A stretch of 64,000 nucleotides of DNA, taken from contig MU053881.1 in the NCBI GenBank assembly GCA_013239625.1, forward strand, positions 13,692,373 to 13,756,372, given 5' to 3'. The translations under genes were made by a program, and so were the position numbers. Numbering within the stretch: the stretch's first letter is position 1; each line of letters starts with the position of its first letter. The notes beneath the pieces were generated by a model that saw only the letters and a list, made by a program, of their open reading frames with translations, did not search any database and was not told where the DNA came from. The stretch is from Lama guanicoe (Eukaryota). This document shows positions 1-14,340 of this stretch, piece by piece.

Positions 1-588
1 AGTCCACTCCATACCCTCTACCAATTAACACCATCACATAACAGATGAAAACTCCAGACACCCAGCTACATTCTAATAAGTTAAAGATACTAAGATGTGT
101 AGGAAGAAGATCCCTTTAAGAATGCATTCTTTATTCCACTCTTATAAGAGGTTAATTTTACAGTTGCCTCTGCAATTAAACCGTTCCATCTCTTTAATTA
201 TCTAGTTGACTGCACATCTTTCTAAGGAAATGATTCTTGAATTTGGAGAAACTGAACTTTATCAGAATTTGAGAACCACCATAATACATCTATATTCTGT
301 AACAAATTTTTGCAGAAAACCTCAGAGCTTTTGCTGAGCCCTTGAAGACTCCCCCAATGTTAAGGAGCTTTATTATAGATGAGAAAATTTTAACACTGCG
401 TATTTGATGTTATTATATATAATTATTTTTTATATATCATAATATCATAACGTGAGGCTAATTTATTGGTGTTTTGTTTAGATGACATGATGGTTGCCTC
501 AAAATATTCTGAGGTGAGGAAGAAGGCTGGATGAAGGTTAGCACTGCTCAATAAAAAGTTTCAATGGTAGAAATGTTCAGCTGTTTTG

Positions 589-742
589 CAGAGCCGCACT
601 GTCCTGTATGGTCCTCACCAGCCACACGCAGCTGTTGAGCCCTTGAAATGTGACTAGTGTACCTGAGGAACGGAACTTTGTGATGTTATTTAACTTTAAT
701 CAATTAACAAGTGGCAAGTAGCTGCTACACTGAACAGCACAG
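589..742. mobile_element. MER3-like hAT-Charlie DNA transposon relic
   Basis: gcactgtcc...agccacacgcagctgttgagcccttgaaatgtgactagtg...ctgaggaa pattern, ending gaacagcacag (degenerate inverted ends). Confidence 0.7.
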
Positions 743-850
743 AAGCAGATAAATGCAGCTGGCCACGCAGTGATGATGCTTAAAGCTGGGTGATGGGAAT
801 ATGACTGTCACTTAAACTGTTGTCTTGATGATGGGTTTGGAATAGTCCAC

Positions 851-1143
851 AATAAGCCAGTAACAGAAGGACAAACACTGTTAAGATTTTACATGGACGA
901 GGTCTCTAAGATAGTCAAAGTCGTAGAAACAAAGTTGGATGGTAGTTGCCAGGGGCTGAGGGTTGGGGAAATGGGGAATTCACATTTAACAGTTTAAAAA
1001 GTTTCAGTTATACAAGATGAGTAAATTCTAAAACTGTGCTCTACAACATTGGGCCTATAGTTAACAAAACTGTATTGTACACTTAAAAATATATTAAAAG
1101 GGTATATCTCGTATTAAATGTTCTTACAACAATAAAAATAATA
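851..1143 (+). mobile_element. Old L1 (L1MA/L1MB-like) 3' end
   Basis: aataagccag..acagaaggacaaa, ggtagttgccaggggctg, gtttcagttatacaagatgagtaaattcta, tatagttaacaa..ctgtattgtacactt, AATAAA tail. Confidence 0.8.
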
Positions 1144-2864
1144 ATAGTTTTCTAAAATTGAAAAACTACTAAGAATATTGAGGGTAATCCCCCTTGAATA
1201 GACAAAAGGAGAGGGAAAAATTAAGTCTTTAAACCTGATTTCTTTTGATGTTCACACACACAGAGCTCCCTCTGAAGGATGAGGAGAGGTTGGTTGGATT
1301 CTTGGCGGCCTGTCCTCAGAAGAGGTTGCCAGGAGACTGAAGCAAAGGGGTGCACGGCAGGGCTGGTTGGCTCGGGGTCTCCACGGAGTTGCTTGAGTGG
1401 AAAATGGAAGCTTGGTCTGTCAAAGTGCAGAGAAGGCCTGTGTGACCAGTGTGCAGAGTGAGTGTGGAACTGGGATTTAGAACCGAGCCCTGGGGTTGCC
1501 ACTCCTACTTAGTAGAAGAGACAGAAACATAACGCTGTAAAAGCCATGAATAGGATTAGATCCTTACAAGTCACGTGACAGTGAACAGGGCTGGGAAGGA
1601 GCACGACCTGGGCTGAAAGGTGATGGAGGACGCGTGGAATCAGAGTGATATTAAGTGGTTATTTACCCGGCGAGGAAAGAGCATGGTTCAGAATAAGCAG
1701 AAGTATTATTGATATGGAATCGTTCACTTACAGGATTAACGACTGTGACCCAAATAGAGGATTGTAAAAGCTCAGGCTATAGCCAGTAGAATCAATGGAG
1801 GATAAATGGGTGTGTGCTGGACTAGGAGATGGAGGGGCTTTGATTTTGCACCCCCTCGGATCTGATGCGTGTGTAAATAACTTTGAGAAAGTCTCTGATG
1901 AAATATGTCCTTGTGCCATAACAACGTACTGGCCAAGCTTTTCAGGTTGGCCCTAGAGGCTAGAGCTCTTCCTGGCAGGGAAGGGGAGCTGAGCCACGTG
2001 GCCCTGATATTTGTCCTTGTCGGTCACTTGCAGGCTCCACTCCCTCCTCCTTCTCTCCTTCTTTGTCCCTTTCTTTCTCTTCAGTGTCTTAGATCAAGTA
2101 TATACAAATGAAGTATTTTTTAAAATTTGCTCAGGAAGGCTGAGATTAGATTGACTGAACAGCTCTTCACTGTAGGTGTGACAATATGAAAAAGGAAATG
2201 AAATGGAAACCTCATGCAGCCAGATAATATATCTCGTTAATAATATTAATGGATTAATGTGCCTTGAAAATGCACATACTCTACTGTGTGTTTGTATATA
2301 TATTGTCTTAGTTGATCTGCATGCCAGATTTATGAAATAAAAACTATTCTAATTTAATGGAAGAGAAAAAAGAGGTTTTGATCTAAAGTACAAACCTAAA
2401 TATAATAAGACAGACTGAGCTTGAATATTCGGCTTCTCCAAAGCTCACGCCCTGAAGCACTTCGGTATGCTTTTTTATTTCATCTTTAGCTTAGAGACTC
2501 CTAAAGGGTATCACTCTACCTGCCCCCTGACCTGTCACCAAGTGTCAAAGGACATTTTTCCTTTTGTAAAGAGTACGCTGAATGTTGACTCGCTCCCTTT
2601 AAAAATAAAGTCCATCCCCTCCCACAGAGACATGGCCTCATCCTAAGAACACAACCGGTCAACCATGTTGAAATACATCTCTGTGCAAAGTAAATGCACT
2701 GTGCAGCCAAGCCACCTGTAGACTGTCCCGCTCACCCCTAGCCCCCTGACCTGGGTGCCTCTCTTGCCTTATCTGTGTAGGAGGGCACAAGTTCCCTGCA
2801 TATTCTTTGCTTCATCCTGAGTCCTTACGATGCCTGTCCTGTTGTGATGGTACGGCGGGTAGTG

Positions 2865-3090
2865 ATGGTTCCCACTTATTGGGTACCTCATGCATCCAAA
2901 GCACTACACTCAGTGCTTGACACAGTGACAGTCATCCTCACAGTAGACATTGTGGTCTCCATTTTGCAGTTGTAGAAACAGAAGATCTGAAAAATGAAAT
3001 GATTTGCCTAAGGTCACTCAGCCTGGCAAATGCTAATCCTGGGATTTGAACCCAGCCCTGCCTCGTATCAAAGGTCACGTTTCTTCTACT
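2865..3090 (-). mobile_element. MIR SINE
   Basis: Core ctccattttgcag..gtagaaacaga...tgatttgcctaaggtcactcagc...gggatttgaacccag. Confidence 0.8.
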
Positions 3091-3959
3091 GGAAAAGACT
3101 AAGACTATGTACAGGAGAGGTTGAGAGTCCCCCTCAATCTGCCGTTTGGGTACAAGCATGTGTCTTTCAGCATCTTCTCTTGTTCTGAGGGTTTGTGAAG
3201 TCGGGTAAAGATCTATTTATTTCTGAGCCAATGACATTTTCATATCTTTCCTTTGAACCCCGTCGTAATTCACCCTCACATTCAATAAAGCCCATTTCTT
3301 TTTCCCCTTGTACAATCTTGAGAACAGTTGATCTCTTGTCACATCGTGTTACACCCACACAGCCAGTTTATTTCCGCCACATTACCCAGTCTCGCGTTCT
3401 GGTCCCGTGTGATAAGTGTGTGTTCACCCTCACGCTTATATAGCACCATGTTGTCAAAAGTTTCCGCGTTACTTACAGCTTGATTGAACTCACCTCTAGA
3501 CACTCTTTATTTCCTAATTTTCAAAAGTCAGGTTCCTTTTTGTCAAGAGCATTGCATGTCCTGAACAGAAAGGTTAGTGACTCAGCATTGCTCCTGAAAT
3601 TTCCCCCCAGCAGTCGCAATGCAGCTCAGTTCTAACTCCCCAGATTAGAAGCTGGTACTTGTGAATGCAGTTGGTAAAAAGCTGGTACACTTGGGTTCTA
3701 AACAGAGGGATATAGAACATTGGAGCATGTCATTAAGAAAACGAAAGAGAAAGGAATGTATACGGTCTAGAATTTTGATAAGCTACAGCGAAGGTTATCT
3801 GGTTTTTCATGAAATGATAAAAGTTGCTTTCCATTGCCCGGGTGATAGTTCATACTCTCAATAGTAAATTAAGTTCCTGAAGAGGTAAACTTTTGCAGAA
3901 GGATGTTTTTACATAATAGAGCAGTAGAATAATGCAGACCTGATTCCATTAATATTAGA

Positions 3960-4070
3960 CTGTGTTTCAGAGGATGTGTTTTGTGTGGTCCTTGGACCAC
4001 TTGTATCAAACTGACCTAGGATATTTGCTTAAAATGTAGACTTCTGGACTCAAACTTAATGAATCAGACC
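3960..4070. mobile_element. MER5-like DNA transposon fragment
   Basis: gtgtggtccttggaccacttgtatc...aaaatgtagacttctggac...gaatcagac. Confidence 0.5.
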
Positions 4071-4310
4071 TCAAGCCAAAAAAAAAAAAAGAAAAGAAAA
4101 AGACAGAAAAATCACTTACAAGGTAATTAAATGAGGTGAACTGTATAAAATTGGCAAGGATTGAGCTCTCAGTATTTCTTATGCATTACTGAAATTGTGT
4201 CCTTTGCCTCTCTTTTTGTATTCTGCCACTTTCCTCCTTCAGGCTTTTTTCTCAGTATTGTTTCACATTTGCTCTGTAGAAAGAATGCATTCAACACTTT
4301 CACACTTTGG

Positions 4311-4342
4311 CACACACACACACATACATACACACACACACA
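4311..4342. repeat. (CA)n microsatellite, imperfect
   Basis: cacacacacacacatacatacacacacacaca. Confidence 0.95.
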
Positions 4343-5839
4343 GTGGTTTCACAGGTTACCCCTCCCAGGAGCTGCACTTACAATTTAACATGTGTTAAAC
4401 CCTAATCTTCATTTCAGCCAAAGGAATGAAGCACTAATGGTACAATTTAAGTCAGGGAGAGGAAATAATTGGAGGTTGTGGGCAGTGAAATCTTATTCCA
4501 ATGGATACTAGGAATAATGTATGGAAGCCTTCTCTAGAGAGTATTGATTCATCATCCAAAAAAACTTCAGCACCTGGAAGGGTAGAACCATTGTGATGGA
4601 GTGGAATGAAATATGAAAATGTTATTTAAAACATTTCAAGAGGGATCATCTTGTAGGTATATTTCTTTGTGATGGCCATGTGATTGTTTTTAAAGACTTG
4701 AAATGTCTACAAATAGGATCACACATCTTGGAGAAAAGAAAAAGCAAAACCCTTAAAACTCAGGAAATCCAAACACACATACACAACCCTGCAGTAGTGA
4801 TTATTCTCAAAATATTTAGGAGGTGTGTTTGAAACTCCTTATAACTTCCACAGTGTGAAAATGAGGATCGAGACTTTTGTGGCTGGCCGTTTGGGTTTTG
4901 TGGGTGTTTAGCCTCCACATGTGTTTATCTTACTTAGATGCCGTCCTCGCCTTGCCGTTTTAGTGGTTCTCGACGTGCCCAGCGTCTGCGCATAGAGGGC
5001 CGGGTAACCGTTACGTGAAAGGCTGAAAGTGTATTTTATATGTGTCTGTGTCCTTTAAAATAATAATTAATGTCATTTCTAAGTGCTTTAAATCAGAACG
5101 TAAGAGAGGGTGATTTAGTGAAGAGTGGTAAGAATGAGGTCAAATTTCTAGTCTAGTTGCATGATTCGAAGGTCACTTCTCTAGAGGACGTTATCTTTAA
5201 AAAGAGACGTTTAGCTTGCTCTCCTGTGAGCTGTGTGGGTGGACCCCTGCAGAGGGGGGTCTCATGTTCAAAACTCCATCAGGTACTCTGACTTCAATTA
5301 AGCTACAACTGATTCTGTTGTAATAGCTCCCGATTTTGCTTCAAAATTTTGACTCGGTGCTTTTCAAATGTCCTGCGTGTTTTGTCATTAAGACTGAGGG
5401 GCTTGTGGTATTTTACCTCTAACGGCTATACCTTTCAAACCAGGGCAATTGTAATCTACTTATATCAAGTTTTATTTTTAGCAAAATAGGACCAGTTTAG
5501 GGAAATGCCTTTTACGCAGTCTCAGAAATTCTCATGACTGCTTTTGCACTTGTGCAGCATGGTGAAAAACATCACTTGATTGCTGTTAACATAAAGCCGT
5601 AAATGGTACAGTTGGTGAAAACATATGTTTGCCCTCAGAATTATATTTAAAAAAATTGTGTGGCCTTAATCCAAATACGTCTCGCTATTAGCTTGTTTTA
5701 AGGACTAGAGTAGGTTCATTGGGAATTGGTTTAATTAATAGGTATTGTAGGAAATAAAGGTTGATGCGGAAATAATGGCTTCTTCCCTCAGGAAGTTCAT
5801 ATTTCAGGATGCTTAAGACTGAATATTTTTGCTTTCATG

Positions 5840-6060
5840 ATTAATACTAACAACTGTCACTGAGTATTAACTGTGTGCTACCCAGTTACATAATTTAGCT
5901 TTACTTAAGCCACACAATGACCACCTATTAGATATGATTATTTGTCCAATATACACATGATGAAACACAGCTTCTGAAAGGTTAAATAAATTTTGCAAAG
6001 GCATAAAACTAGTGAGCCTGTTCTCTTCAATATTTAGCTTCAAAGGTCCCAAAGTTCTTA
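5840..6060 (-). mobile_element. Degenerate MIR
   Basis: actgagtattaactgtgtgc...atgatgaaacacagcttctgaaaggttaaataaattttgcaaagg...actagtgag. Confidence 0.6.
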
Positions 6061-6919
6061 ATCTCAAAGAAATAGAGAGTAGAAAGTTTGAAACCAGAAT
6101 CCCAAGAGGAAAATTCAAACTGGATTTCCAGTATAAATAACATTATACATGGTGGTTAAAGACTTAGCAGTAAGTTTAATACTATATTCAGACAAATTAT
6201 GAGTCAAAAAGGATTTTGTGAGCTGACCTGCAAATGTAGCCATTCTCTGTATTTGTTATAACAAAGTAAGTTTTACCTGCCAAATAACTGGTTTATAAAT
6301 GTATTAAGAGCTTTCTTTCTGTAATAAGAAAAATAAGTATTGTGCTCTCTGGGCTTCTAGACCACATGTAACAGCCAAAATTAATCGTTTAATAACACCT
6401 TAAGCGTTTGTATCTTGATACTTTGTGCAAATTGCTTTCCAGCTTAAAGTAGCCCTTGACATCAAAGAACTTGCAGCCTGAAACAATTCTTGTTCCTTTC
6501 TCTATAGGAGGCAAGGGCAACTTTGCTTTGTGTTTTTTGTAAAGGCTTCAAATAGCTAAATAGCAGAAAAATTCTTCTCAGGTAGGATGATTTCAGCTGC
6601 ATTTATTGCTGAAAGTACACTTTTCTCAGTGATGTGGATTTTAATCTCTTAGGAATGGTATCGTATGTTCCATTTCTCCCACAATAAACATTCTCTGTAA
6701 AAGTGCAAAGCTTACTTCAGAGACTTAGGACTAATTCCTGAAGATGAGCCGTGATTAATACCCTTAGAGAGCAAATCTGAGATACAGAGTCCCTGTTCCT
6801 CTGCTGGGGTTTTCTGTAATGCTGGCGGGCTACTAATACTTATTGCATTTAAGTATCAACCTGCATGCACACTGTTTAGACCCTCAAAACTCAAAAAAGG
6901 GTAGTCATGTCCATATTCA

Positions 6920-7018
6920 ATTTTTTTCTTCTTCTGGTTGAGGTATGGTTGATTTACAATTATATTAATTTCAGGTATACAACATGGTGATTCAAAATTT
7001 TTATCAATTATACCCCTT
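6920..7018 (-). mobile_element. Severely 5'-truncated L1 3' end with perfect 12-bp TSD
   Basis: ttgaggtatggttgatttacaat...ttcaggtatacaacatggtgattc; TSD tgtccatattca at 6908-6919 and 7019-7030. Confidence 0.85.
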
Positions 7019-8384
7019 TGTCCATATTCATTTTTTTAAAGATTATTTACCTAAACTTCAAAGCTGGACAGTTATGATTTACAATGAAAAAAAATGCTGT
7101 ATTTCAGATGTGGGACAGAATAATTAAAATGTCCCTTATTTTAGGTAAAGCTTTCAGTATTATCACTGGGACAAGTTATATTTTAAAAACTTGACTTAGC
7201 TGCCCTAGATTCTGCTCCTACTTTTTATTCCTTTTTCTCTATTTTTTTCTTCTTTCCTTGCCTCTTTATTTACAGTTTCCTTATGTTATATAAAAATTCC
7301 TTGCTATGTATTACAAGCCTACTTTTTAAAACATTTTAATGTGTTCAGTAAATAAAATGTATCCCCTCCACTTTTATCACATGACCCTGCAGTGGAATTG
7401 ACCGTGATTATAGCAGTAATTAAAATGCATTGTGGGAAATGGGGAGTGTGGGAGTTTATATTGCTTTTTATGAACATTCATAATGTTGATAATATCTTTG
7501 ATATTGGTTAATGTTAAGGCAGGAAGTATTGTTTTTACCACAGAGAAGTTACATTTAGTTATAAATTTATAGCCAGTTAACCTATTGGCTGATTCTTTGT
7601 TAAGTCCAACAGTACTGTAAATATCATTACATAAGTAGCAGATGAGACCAAAAATTTAGGGATTTCTGCAACTTCTCCCCCCTGAGTAACCTGAATATCT
7701 TCTTTTATTCTGATTTCAAACGACTTACAACTTAGGAAAGAGGCGTTCTTTCTCATCTTTTCACATTTGCGCTTGATTTCCCACATTTACCTATGTTGGA
7801 CCTTATTAGCCATGTCAGGTACTTCTGACGTTTAAATCCATCTCTCTCCTAGAGTTCTCTTGCCACCATGACTGATCCTAGTTCAATCATTTGCATATAT
7901 GGAACGTTGGATCCATTACCATCATCTCTATTATTAGCCTAAACTAAAGTTAATTAATGCTCTATCTACCAAATCATCACTTGTATCCCAGCGGCTTCCC
8001 CCTCACTTTTATTTTTCATTTCTGCTTTTAAGGTGTTTGAAGCTGTGTCTTTGGGATACTTGATAAATGATTTCACATTTTTTAAATGTGTTTAATTTTT
8101 AATGATGAATGTAGACCTGCCTAAATGATTAAGTCCTGTGGTTTTGGTGGAGAAAATAGAAAAAAAAAATCAAGATGCATACTTCTATCTTTTATCCAAG
8201 GTGATAGATCATCTCAATTATTTTTTAAGTAAAAGCAGCAACAGAAGGTAAGGTACCCAATGATATGGTCAATGATACAACCTGAAACAATGACAGTGTT
8301 TTCTAATTATAAGACAAAAAAAATAGTAGGATTTTTTTTCTGGTTGGTTAAGAATCATTCTTCTAAACATTATCGTTGATATGA

Positions 8385-8600
8385 TAGCTAACATTCATTG
8401 AGTATTTTTAAATGCCAGGATATTTAAGGGCACTATCTTATTTAAACCATACAATGGACTTGCATTGCCCCTGTTTTCCATATTAGGAACCTGAGATCTA
8501 GAGAATTCAGTTCAAAGTTTCCCCAGCCCCACAGACGTGATGGGGCTGATAACTGGAAACCAAGTTTGTTGGACTCAAAAACCTTCACTTTGACCTTTGC
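8385..8600 (-). mobile_element. MIR SINE
   Basis: atagctaacattcattgagt...tgccagg...ggaacctgaga...ggaaaccaagtttgttggactcaaaa. Confidence 0.7.
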
Positions 8601-8684
8601 TAGAATATAAGAAGCCCTTTTTTTTTTGAGTCAAAGAATGGTATAATGGGGATTTTTATTTGTGCAAAGGCAGAATCACAAAGA

Positions 8685-9381
8685 CAAATTGCTGTGGGGA
8701 GCAGATAGAAAACATCATCGAAGGAAGCAGGAAGTGTGAGGACTCAATCGCATTCTCTTTCTAAAGGAGGGAGCGACTCTTCAGCTCCAGGTGATGGCTT
8801 CCAGGAGGAGACACCAAGCCTCTATTGCTAGATCTTCTGACTTTTCAAGGGAAACTAGACAGCTGCTTTTTTAAATTGAAATATAGTTGATTTATAATGT
8901 TGTGTTAGTTTCTGGTATATAGCATAGCAATGTTGTTACACATATATACACACACATGTATATGTATGTATTCTTTTTCATTATAGGTCATTGCAAGATA
9001 ATTGAATATAGTTCTCTGTGCTATATAATAGGACTTTGTTGTTTATCTGTTTTATATATAGTAGTGTGTATATGTTAATCTCAAACACCTAATTTATTCC
9101 TCCTCATCTTCTCCCGTTTGGTAACCATAAGTTTGTTCTCTGCCTGTGAGTCTGTTTCTGTTTTGTAAATATGTTCATTCGCATCATTTTTTAAGATTCC
9201 ACATATAAGTGACATTAACTAGTTGTCTTTGTCTGTCTGACTTACTTCACTTAGTATGATCATCTCTTGGTCTATCCATGTTGCTGGAGATGAGGATACC
9301 TAAAAATTTATATGAGATTATTTTAGAGCAACATTTGTCTAAAACAATATTCAGTCCCCTCGCCAACAATTTGTAACCTCT
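8685..9381. mobile_element. MER102-like DNA transposon relic interrupted by an L1 insertion
   Basis: cagctccag...tgctagatcttctgacttttcaagggaaactag on the left of the L1; similar sequence appears to resume after 9290, ending caatttgtaacctct. Confidence 0.45.
8867..9286 (-). mobile_element. 5'-truncated L1 3' end (artiodactyl-type 3' UTR)
   Basis: attgaaatatagttgatttataatgttgtgttagtttctgg...ggtaaccataagtttg...gattccacatataagtga...cttacttcacttagtatgat...atccatgttgctg. Confidence 0.92.
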
Positions 9382-9651
9382 CCCCTAAAGATTTAAACAT
9401 GATCTCTTCCTGCTTTGTGTTTTGAAGTCATTTGTTTGATAAATAGCTATTGAATATTTACTGTGGGCTATGATTTATGCTCGTGTCTGAGAACTAGCTC
9501 AGCTCCTGCACTCAGATAGCTTCCTGCATAATGAAGGATGTGAGAAGCAAATAAAAGCAGTTTCTAAATCTCCTTTTTGTGTTTCAGATGGAGCTAGATA
9601 CCATAAGGAATAATAAAACATATAAAACATGATTTTTCTGGTCTACCGGGA

Positions 9652-10500
9652 GTATTCATTCATTTATTAAATTAACAAATCTTTAAGTGTTTACTATGTG
9701 CCAAGCACTATCCTCAGCACTGGAGAGAAACAGTTACCAAAGAAGTCTTGCCCTTAAAGAGATTAAGTTCTACTGGAGATAAACATATGACATGGGAGGT
9801 GGTAACACACACCATGAAGATCTTAACACAAGGTAGGGGAATAGAATAGAGAAAAGGTTGCTAATGTATGTATGGTTATCATGGAAGGCCATTCCAATAA
9901 AGTGATACTTGAACAGAGACCTGTAGGAAGTTAGAGATTGAACCATGTATATAGTGAGAAAATACCGTCTCCAGAAAGAAAGTAAAGTGCATGCAAAGGC
10001 CCTGGGGAAACCAGTTTGAAGGCTGTTGGTGGTGATGAGAAGAGATTTGATAGCTTGGACAGAGTGGAGTTTGTGGAAAATGATTGGATCTTAAGTATAT
10101 TTAGAAAGAAGTTATCAGTAGCATATGCTGCTGGGTTTGATGGGTAGCTTCAGAGAAATGAGGAGTCAGGGATGACTTAGCGATTGAAAGAATGGAGGTC
10201 TAATTGACTGAGTTGGGGACTACTCTGTGAGGAGCAGGTTTGCTGTAGAAATCAGGATTTCCATTTTGAAGACGTTACATTGGAGGTGCCTCTAGACATT
10301 CAAGTCTGGGTGAAATATCAAGGAGGTAGTTGGAAATGAGGTTAGAGCTCAGAGGAGAAGACTTAGCTAGAGATGGCAACATGAACAAGAGGGTAAAAGA
10401 AGGAGCTCCAGCCAGTGACGCAGACTTGAAGAACCATGGGTGTTCAGAGAATGAAGGCATGCTGAGGGTCTGAGAAGTTTGGAGGAGGAACTGTCGAAAA
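9652..10500 (-). mobile_element. L2 LINE 3' portion
   Basis: attcattcatttatt...ttactatgtgccaagcact tail, then typical L2 purine-rich body (gaggagtcagggatgact, gcctctagacattcaagt, aggtagttgga). Confidence 0.82.
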
Positions 10501-11344
10501 AACACAGTTGGAGGCAGCCATGCCCTGATGGGCATGGAAGATGCAGGTGAGAATAAATAGGTGAGAAAGAATCAGAAGACTGGAGTCTCCCATTGTTCAG
10601 GACACAGCTGGATATTTCTAACTCACAGGAATCAATTCCAAAGATGGTTTTCCTTCAAGAGAGATGGAGAGAGACAGAGGAATGCTGCAGCATGAAAGTA
10701 GAAAGAGTTAATAAACAATGCTGATAAAATGTGTTCTCTCAGTGGAACAGTGGTTGAAAGGTGGATTTTTCAAATGAGGGTGTCCTTGGGCACGAGCCCC
10801 AGAGGAGCACAGTTCCAGAGTTAATGCAGGTACCAGTGCTGTCAAGTGTATTATTTGTTGTTTTATTTTTTTTTTCTTAGTTTTATGAGTGTGCCGAAAT
10901 GTGTGGTCTGTTTGAGATGCTTCCATAAGTCACAGACTCGGTGGGAATCTGTGGGGGGCATTTAGCCCAGAAAGGCAGACCATGTGTGTCTGGGACTGAC
11001 ACCTCTCTTGTGTATGGGTTGAGAAGGGACCATTCCTTGGGTCTTTTTTTTAAGATTATTTACCCATAGTTATTGCACTTGGATGCCCGTGTCCTTCTGT
11101 TAACACACATTTACATATGGAATTCCGGTTTGTATTGGAATTTCCGAGAAGGAGGAAGAACACAGGCAGCCACCTATACAACAGCAGGTGCGTGAGTCTG
11201 GAATACAGATGCCCCAGCACTTCACGGCCTTGACTTTCCCCATAAACAAGGGTTCTGCGTTAGCGCTCTCTTCCTAACCATGCCTGGAACTGCTCATTTC
11301 CCTAGTGGAGGAGCCCAGTTCCGATGCCGTTAGTGCAGGAGAGC

Positions 11345-11575
11345 TTGGTGCACGCGGCAGAGCGGTAGGGGGGACCAGGCTCGGGTCACGCTGCCCGGGT
11401 ACCAACCTGGCCCCCATCACTGCTTCCGGAACTGGTCCTTTAATTGCCTCATCTGTAAAACAGAGACTATGACACCCAACTAGAACTGCTGTGAACTTTA
11501 AATGAATGAATGAATCTTACAAAAGCTTCGGTATCTGGAACTGAGTAAGCATTCTATAAATATTAAATACTTTCA
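11345..11575 (+). mobile_element. MIR SINE
   Basis: gcctcatctgtaaaacagag...aaatgaatgaa...ggaactgagtaagcattctataaat. Confidence 0.7.
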
Positions 11576-12577
11576 CTATGATGAATTTTATCTAAATGAT
11601 GTCAGTAGAAGGAAGGCCAGGTGCGTGAATGCTTTCCTTACAATGAAGAGAAATATATGGAAAGAGGGAGCCATGAAGATCACCATACCTTAGTGGATGT
11701 TAAGTTATTCTGTGAATGTGTTTCCTAGACTTAAGAACGTATTTTAGAAATGACCCAAAATAAGGGCCACAATTTCAAATACCTGTGGAATTTAGAGAGG
11801 TAAAGAAAATAAATAAAGCTGACCATGCATACAGCAGAAGGGTGGAGGAGGGGGATGGGGACTGTGGAGAACTGGGGAGAGTGCATTTCCTCCCTCCAAA
11901 AGGGGGCAGGCAACATCAGCTACAGATGGCTGTGGCCATGTAGCGCCATCCTGTGCAGGAATGTAATGCCACTGGGGCCACATTCTCTAATTTTCCAAAG
12001 AGAACTTGCAAATTCAGTTATGTGAAATTAAGACTCAAAATGTGAAATTAAGATACAAAATTTAAAAAAAAACTTTTTTTTAAGTAGTGAGGGTGGTTCC
12101 AAACAACATACTCCAGGTCTAATTTGATCTCTCTGTCACCTCTGGGTAAAATAGTAATAACAAAAATTCACCAGACAGGAAAGAATTGGATTAGAGAGCT
12201 AATCGTTAAATTCATCTCAGTAGAAAACATTTGTATGGCTCTCCTTTAAGTCAAACAGGACGGCTTGGGGAACCTGCTCCCCTCCTTAACTCTTAGCCCT
12301 GACACATAAAGCTCTCTCACTCAATATCCTATTTAAAAACTCCTCTTCTTACTCTTGTCTCTGACAACCAGCTCTGGAATAAGGTTCTGCTGGGTAGGCT
12401 GATTATGGTTCTGTTTTGCTTCATCTCATCAATGCTTTCTTTTCAAAGAAATTCAAACCAGTGGGTTTTAAAAAATTCTAGTGCCCAGGATGCATTAGTG
12501 GCTATTAAAAGAGATAAGATTTGCCTTGTCTTCTCTTTAGATACATAGTTTAGAAACTTAGAAATAGCCCAAAATAG

Positions 12578-12648
12578 AAAAGATAGATGATAATTAGATA
12601 CATAGATACAAGGCTAGATACATAGATATGATAAATGGATGGATAGTT
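12578..12648. repeat. Degenerate (GATA)n / (TAGA)n tract
   Basis: agatagatgataattagatacatagatac...tagatacatagatatgataaatggatggatag. Confidence 0.7.
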
Positions 12649-14340
12649 ATAGTTGTAGAGATACTGTTATTACAAGACAGTTGTCTGTGATTTAAATATA
12701 CATTTAAATAAATGATCATTATTTTCACCTTGTCTTTTAACATTAAGTTCATTCTACAAGTGTACTGCCAAGAAGGTTTCTGCCCAGATTGTGGCTAAGA
12801 AGCAAAGAAACTGTCTAATAATAACAATATCCACTCGTTCATATTCTGGAAATTGATTTTTTGTCAGAGAGAAGGATGGAGACAAGAATATAGCTTAACA
12901 CACCCTGGGTCCCCAGTCTGACCAGCTGTCAGAGCTTAAAAAAGGAAGAGGTGAGAAAAGTGTAGGAAAAACAACCTCAGAACTCTTAAATAATAACATA
13001 CTGCTGCATGATTTTTCTGAGCACAGCCTAGGAATATTATCCCATGCCTTCAAGGAAATCCATAGCAAAGCATTTCTTACAACTGAAGGCTGGTGTTTCT
13101 TGTTCCCATCAGTGGCTCTTCCAGCAACCTGGCCATCAAGGGGGCATCTTTAATGGCCGCATGGCAAGCTCTTCCAAGTTAGATTCTCCAGTGAGTAGTA
13201 AAGGAGGCTGCTGCCTAGTGACTTCAGTCTCATTGCCACCTCCCTGGGAGGAGGATTCTTAAAGTGTGTGGACTGCTAAATTACTACTTTATTTACAAGT
13301 AGCAGAAGATTTAATTCCCTGGCTACAAGATACTCAGTGCCCAGTCTTGCCAAAATGCCAAATTGAATGCTGGGGAAGAAAGGAGCGCAGGTTTTCTGGG
13401 ATGATCCACAGCTGATGGGAAGTTGTAGAACACAGTTTCCTCTAGGCACAGTGACAGATTTACAGAGGTTGGCTGCAAAGTCCCTGGCACATTTTGACAA
13501 ATGGAGGTGGTAGATCTGTTCACATTTCTCTTTCTAGATAGGCCATCCCAAGTCACATATTCTCCTAAAACTATTTTCAACTCTGCTTCCACACAAGGCA
13601 GATTTCTCAAAACTAGTGGTAAGTTCAGATTTATCAGCGTGGTGATTGACAAATTGAGCTAAGCCTACCTTTCAGAAAAGGATGAGAGACCAGATGATGC
13701 TTGGTCTAACTCACTGTATTTCTCCTTTGTAAAATCATTCCATTGTTTTCCTGATTGCAATCTGGCTTTTTCCCCTCCCTTTTCCTTTTTGAAAAAGAAA
13801 CATCTTCTTGAAAATAATATATTCCAGTTATCATGTGCTACTGAACTAAGTTTCATTTTTGTTTTTCCTTTGTAACTAGCCTTATGATTGTTAGCCCTCC
13901 TGGGGACTTCATTACAGTGAGCTTAGCTATCACTGAGGTGGTAGATAAAAACTTACCAGAAGATTCTAGACATAAGCTGGTCTGCAGCAGATTGGAAGGA
14001 GGAGACTGGCAAGCAGAAACAGCTTCATTGATTGCAAAGGAAAAGATCTGAAGAGACCAGTCAAAGAAACTTCTTTGACATCACTAATTACCTTCCCAAA
14101 TTAAACGCACTGTAAGAAAGCCACCACTTAATATTAAACTCTGAAGAAAGACAAATGGGAAGATAAGCAAATGTACTAAAGAATATTGTTTTTGAGTTTT
14201 CAGATCAATACTAACATGGTTAAATGTTAATTATTGGAGAAGACAGCAATCTTGTAATGAAAATGCTGTATGTATCTTGCCAAATCCATTTCCAAGGGCA
14301 AAAAGAAACATTCCCCCCTCCCAAGTATATCGCTGCCCAG

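Noticed and set aside
12021..12060. 20-bp tandem duplication tgtgaaattaagactcaaaa / tgtgaaattaagatacaaaa (similar short duplications near 53811 and 57140)
   Set aside because: Two units with no spacers; ordinary slippage duplications, not an array.
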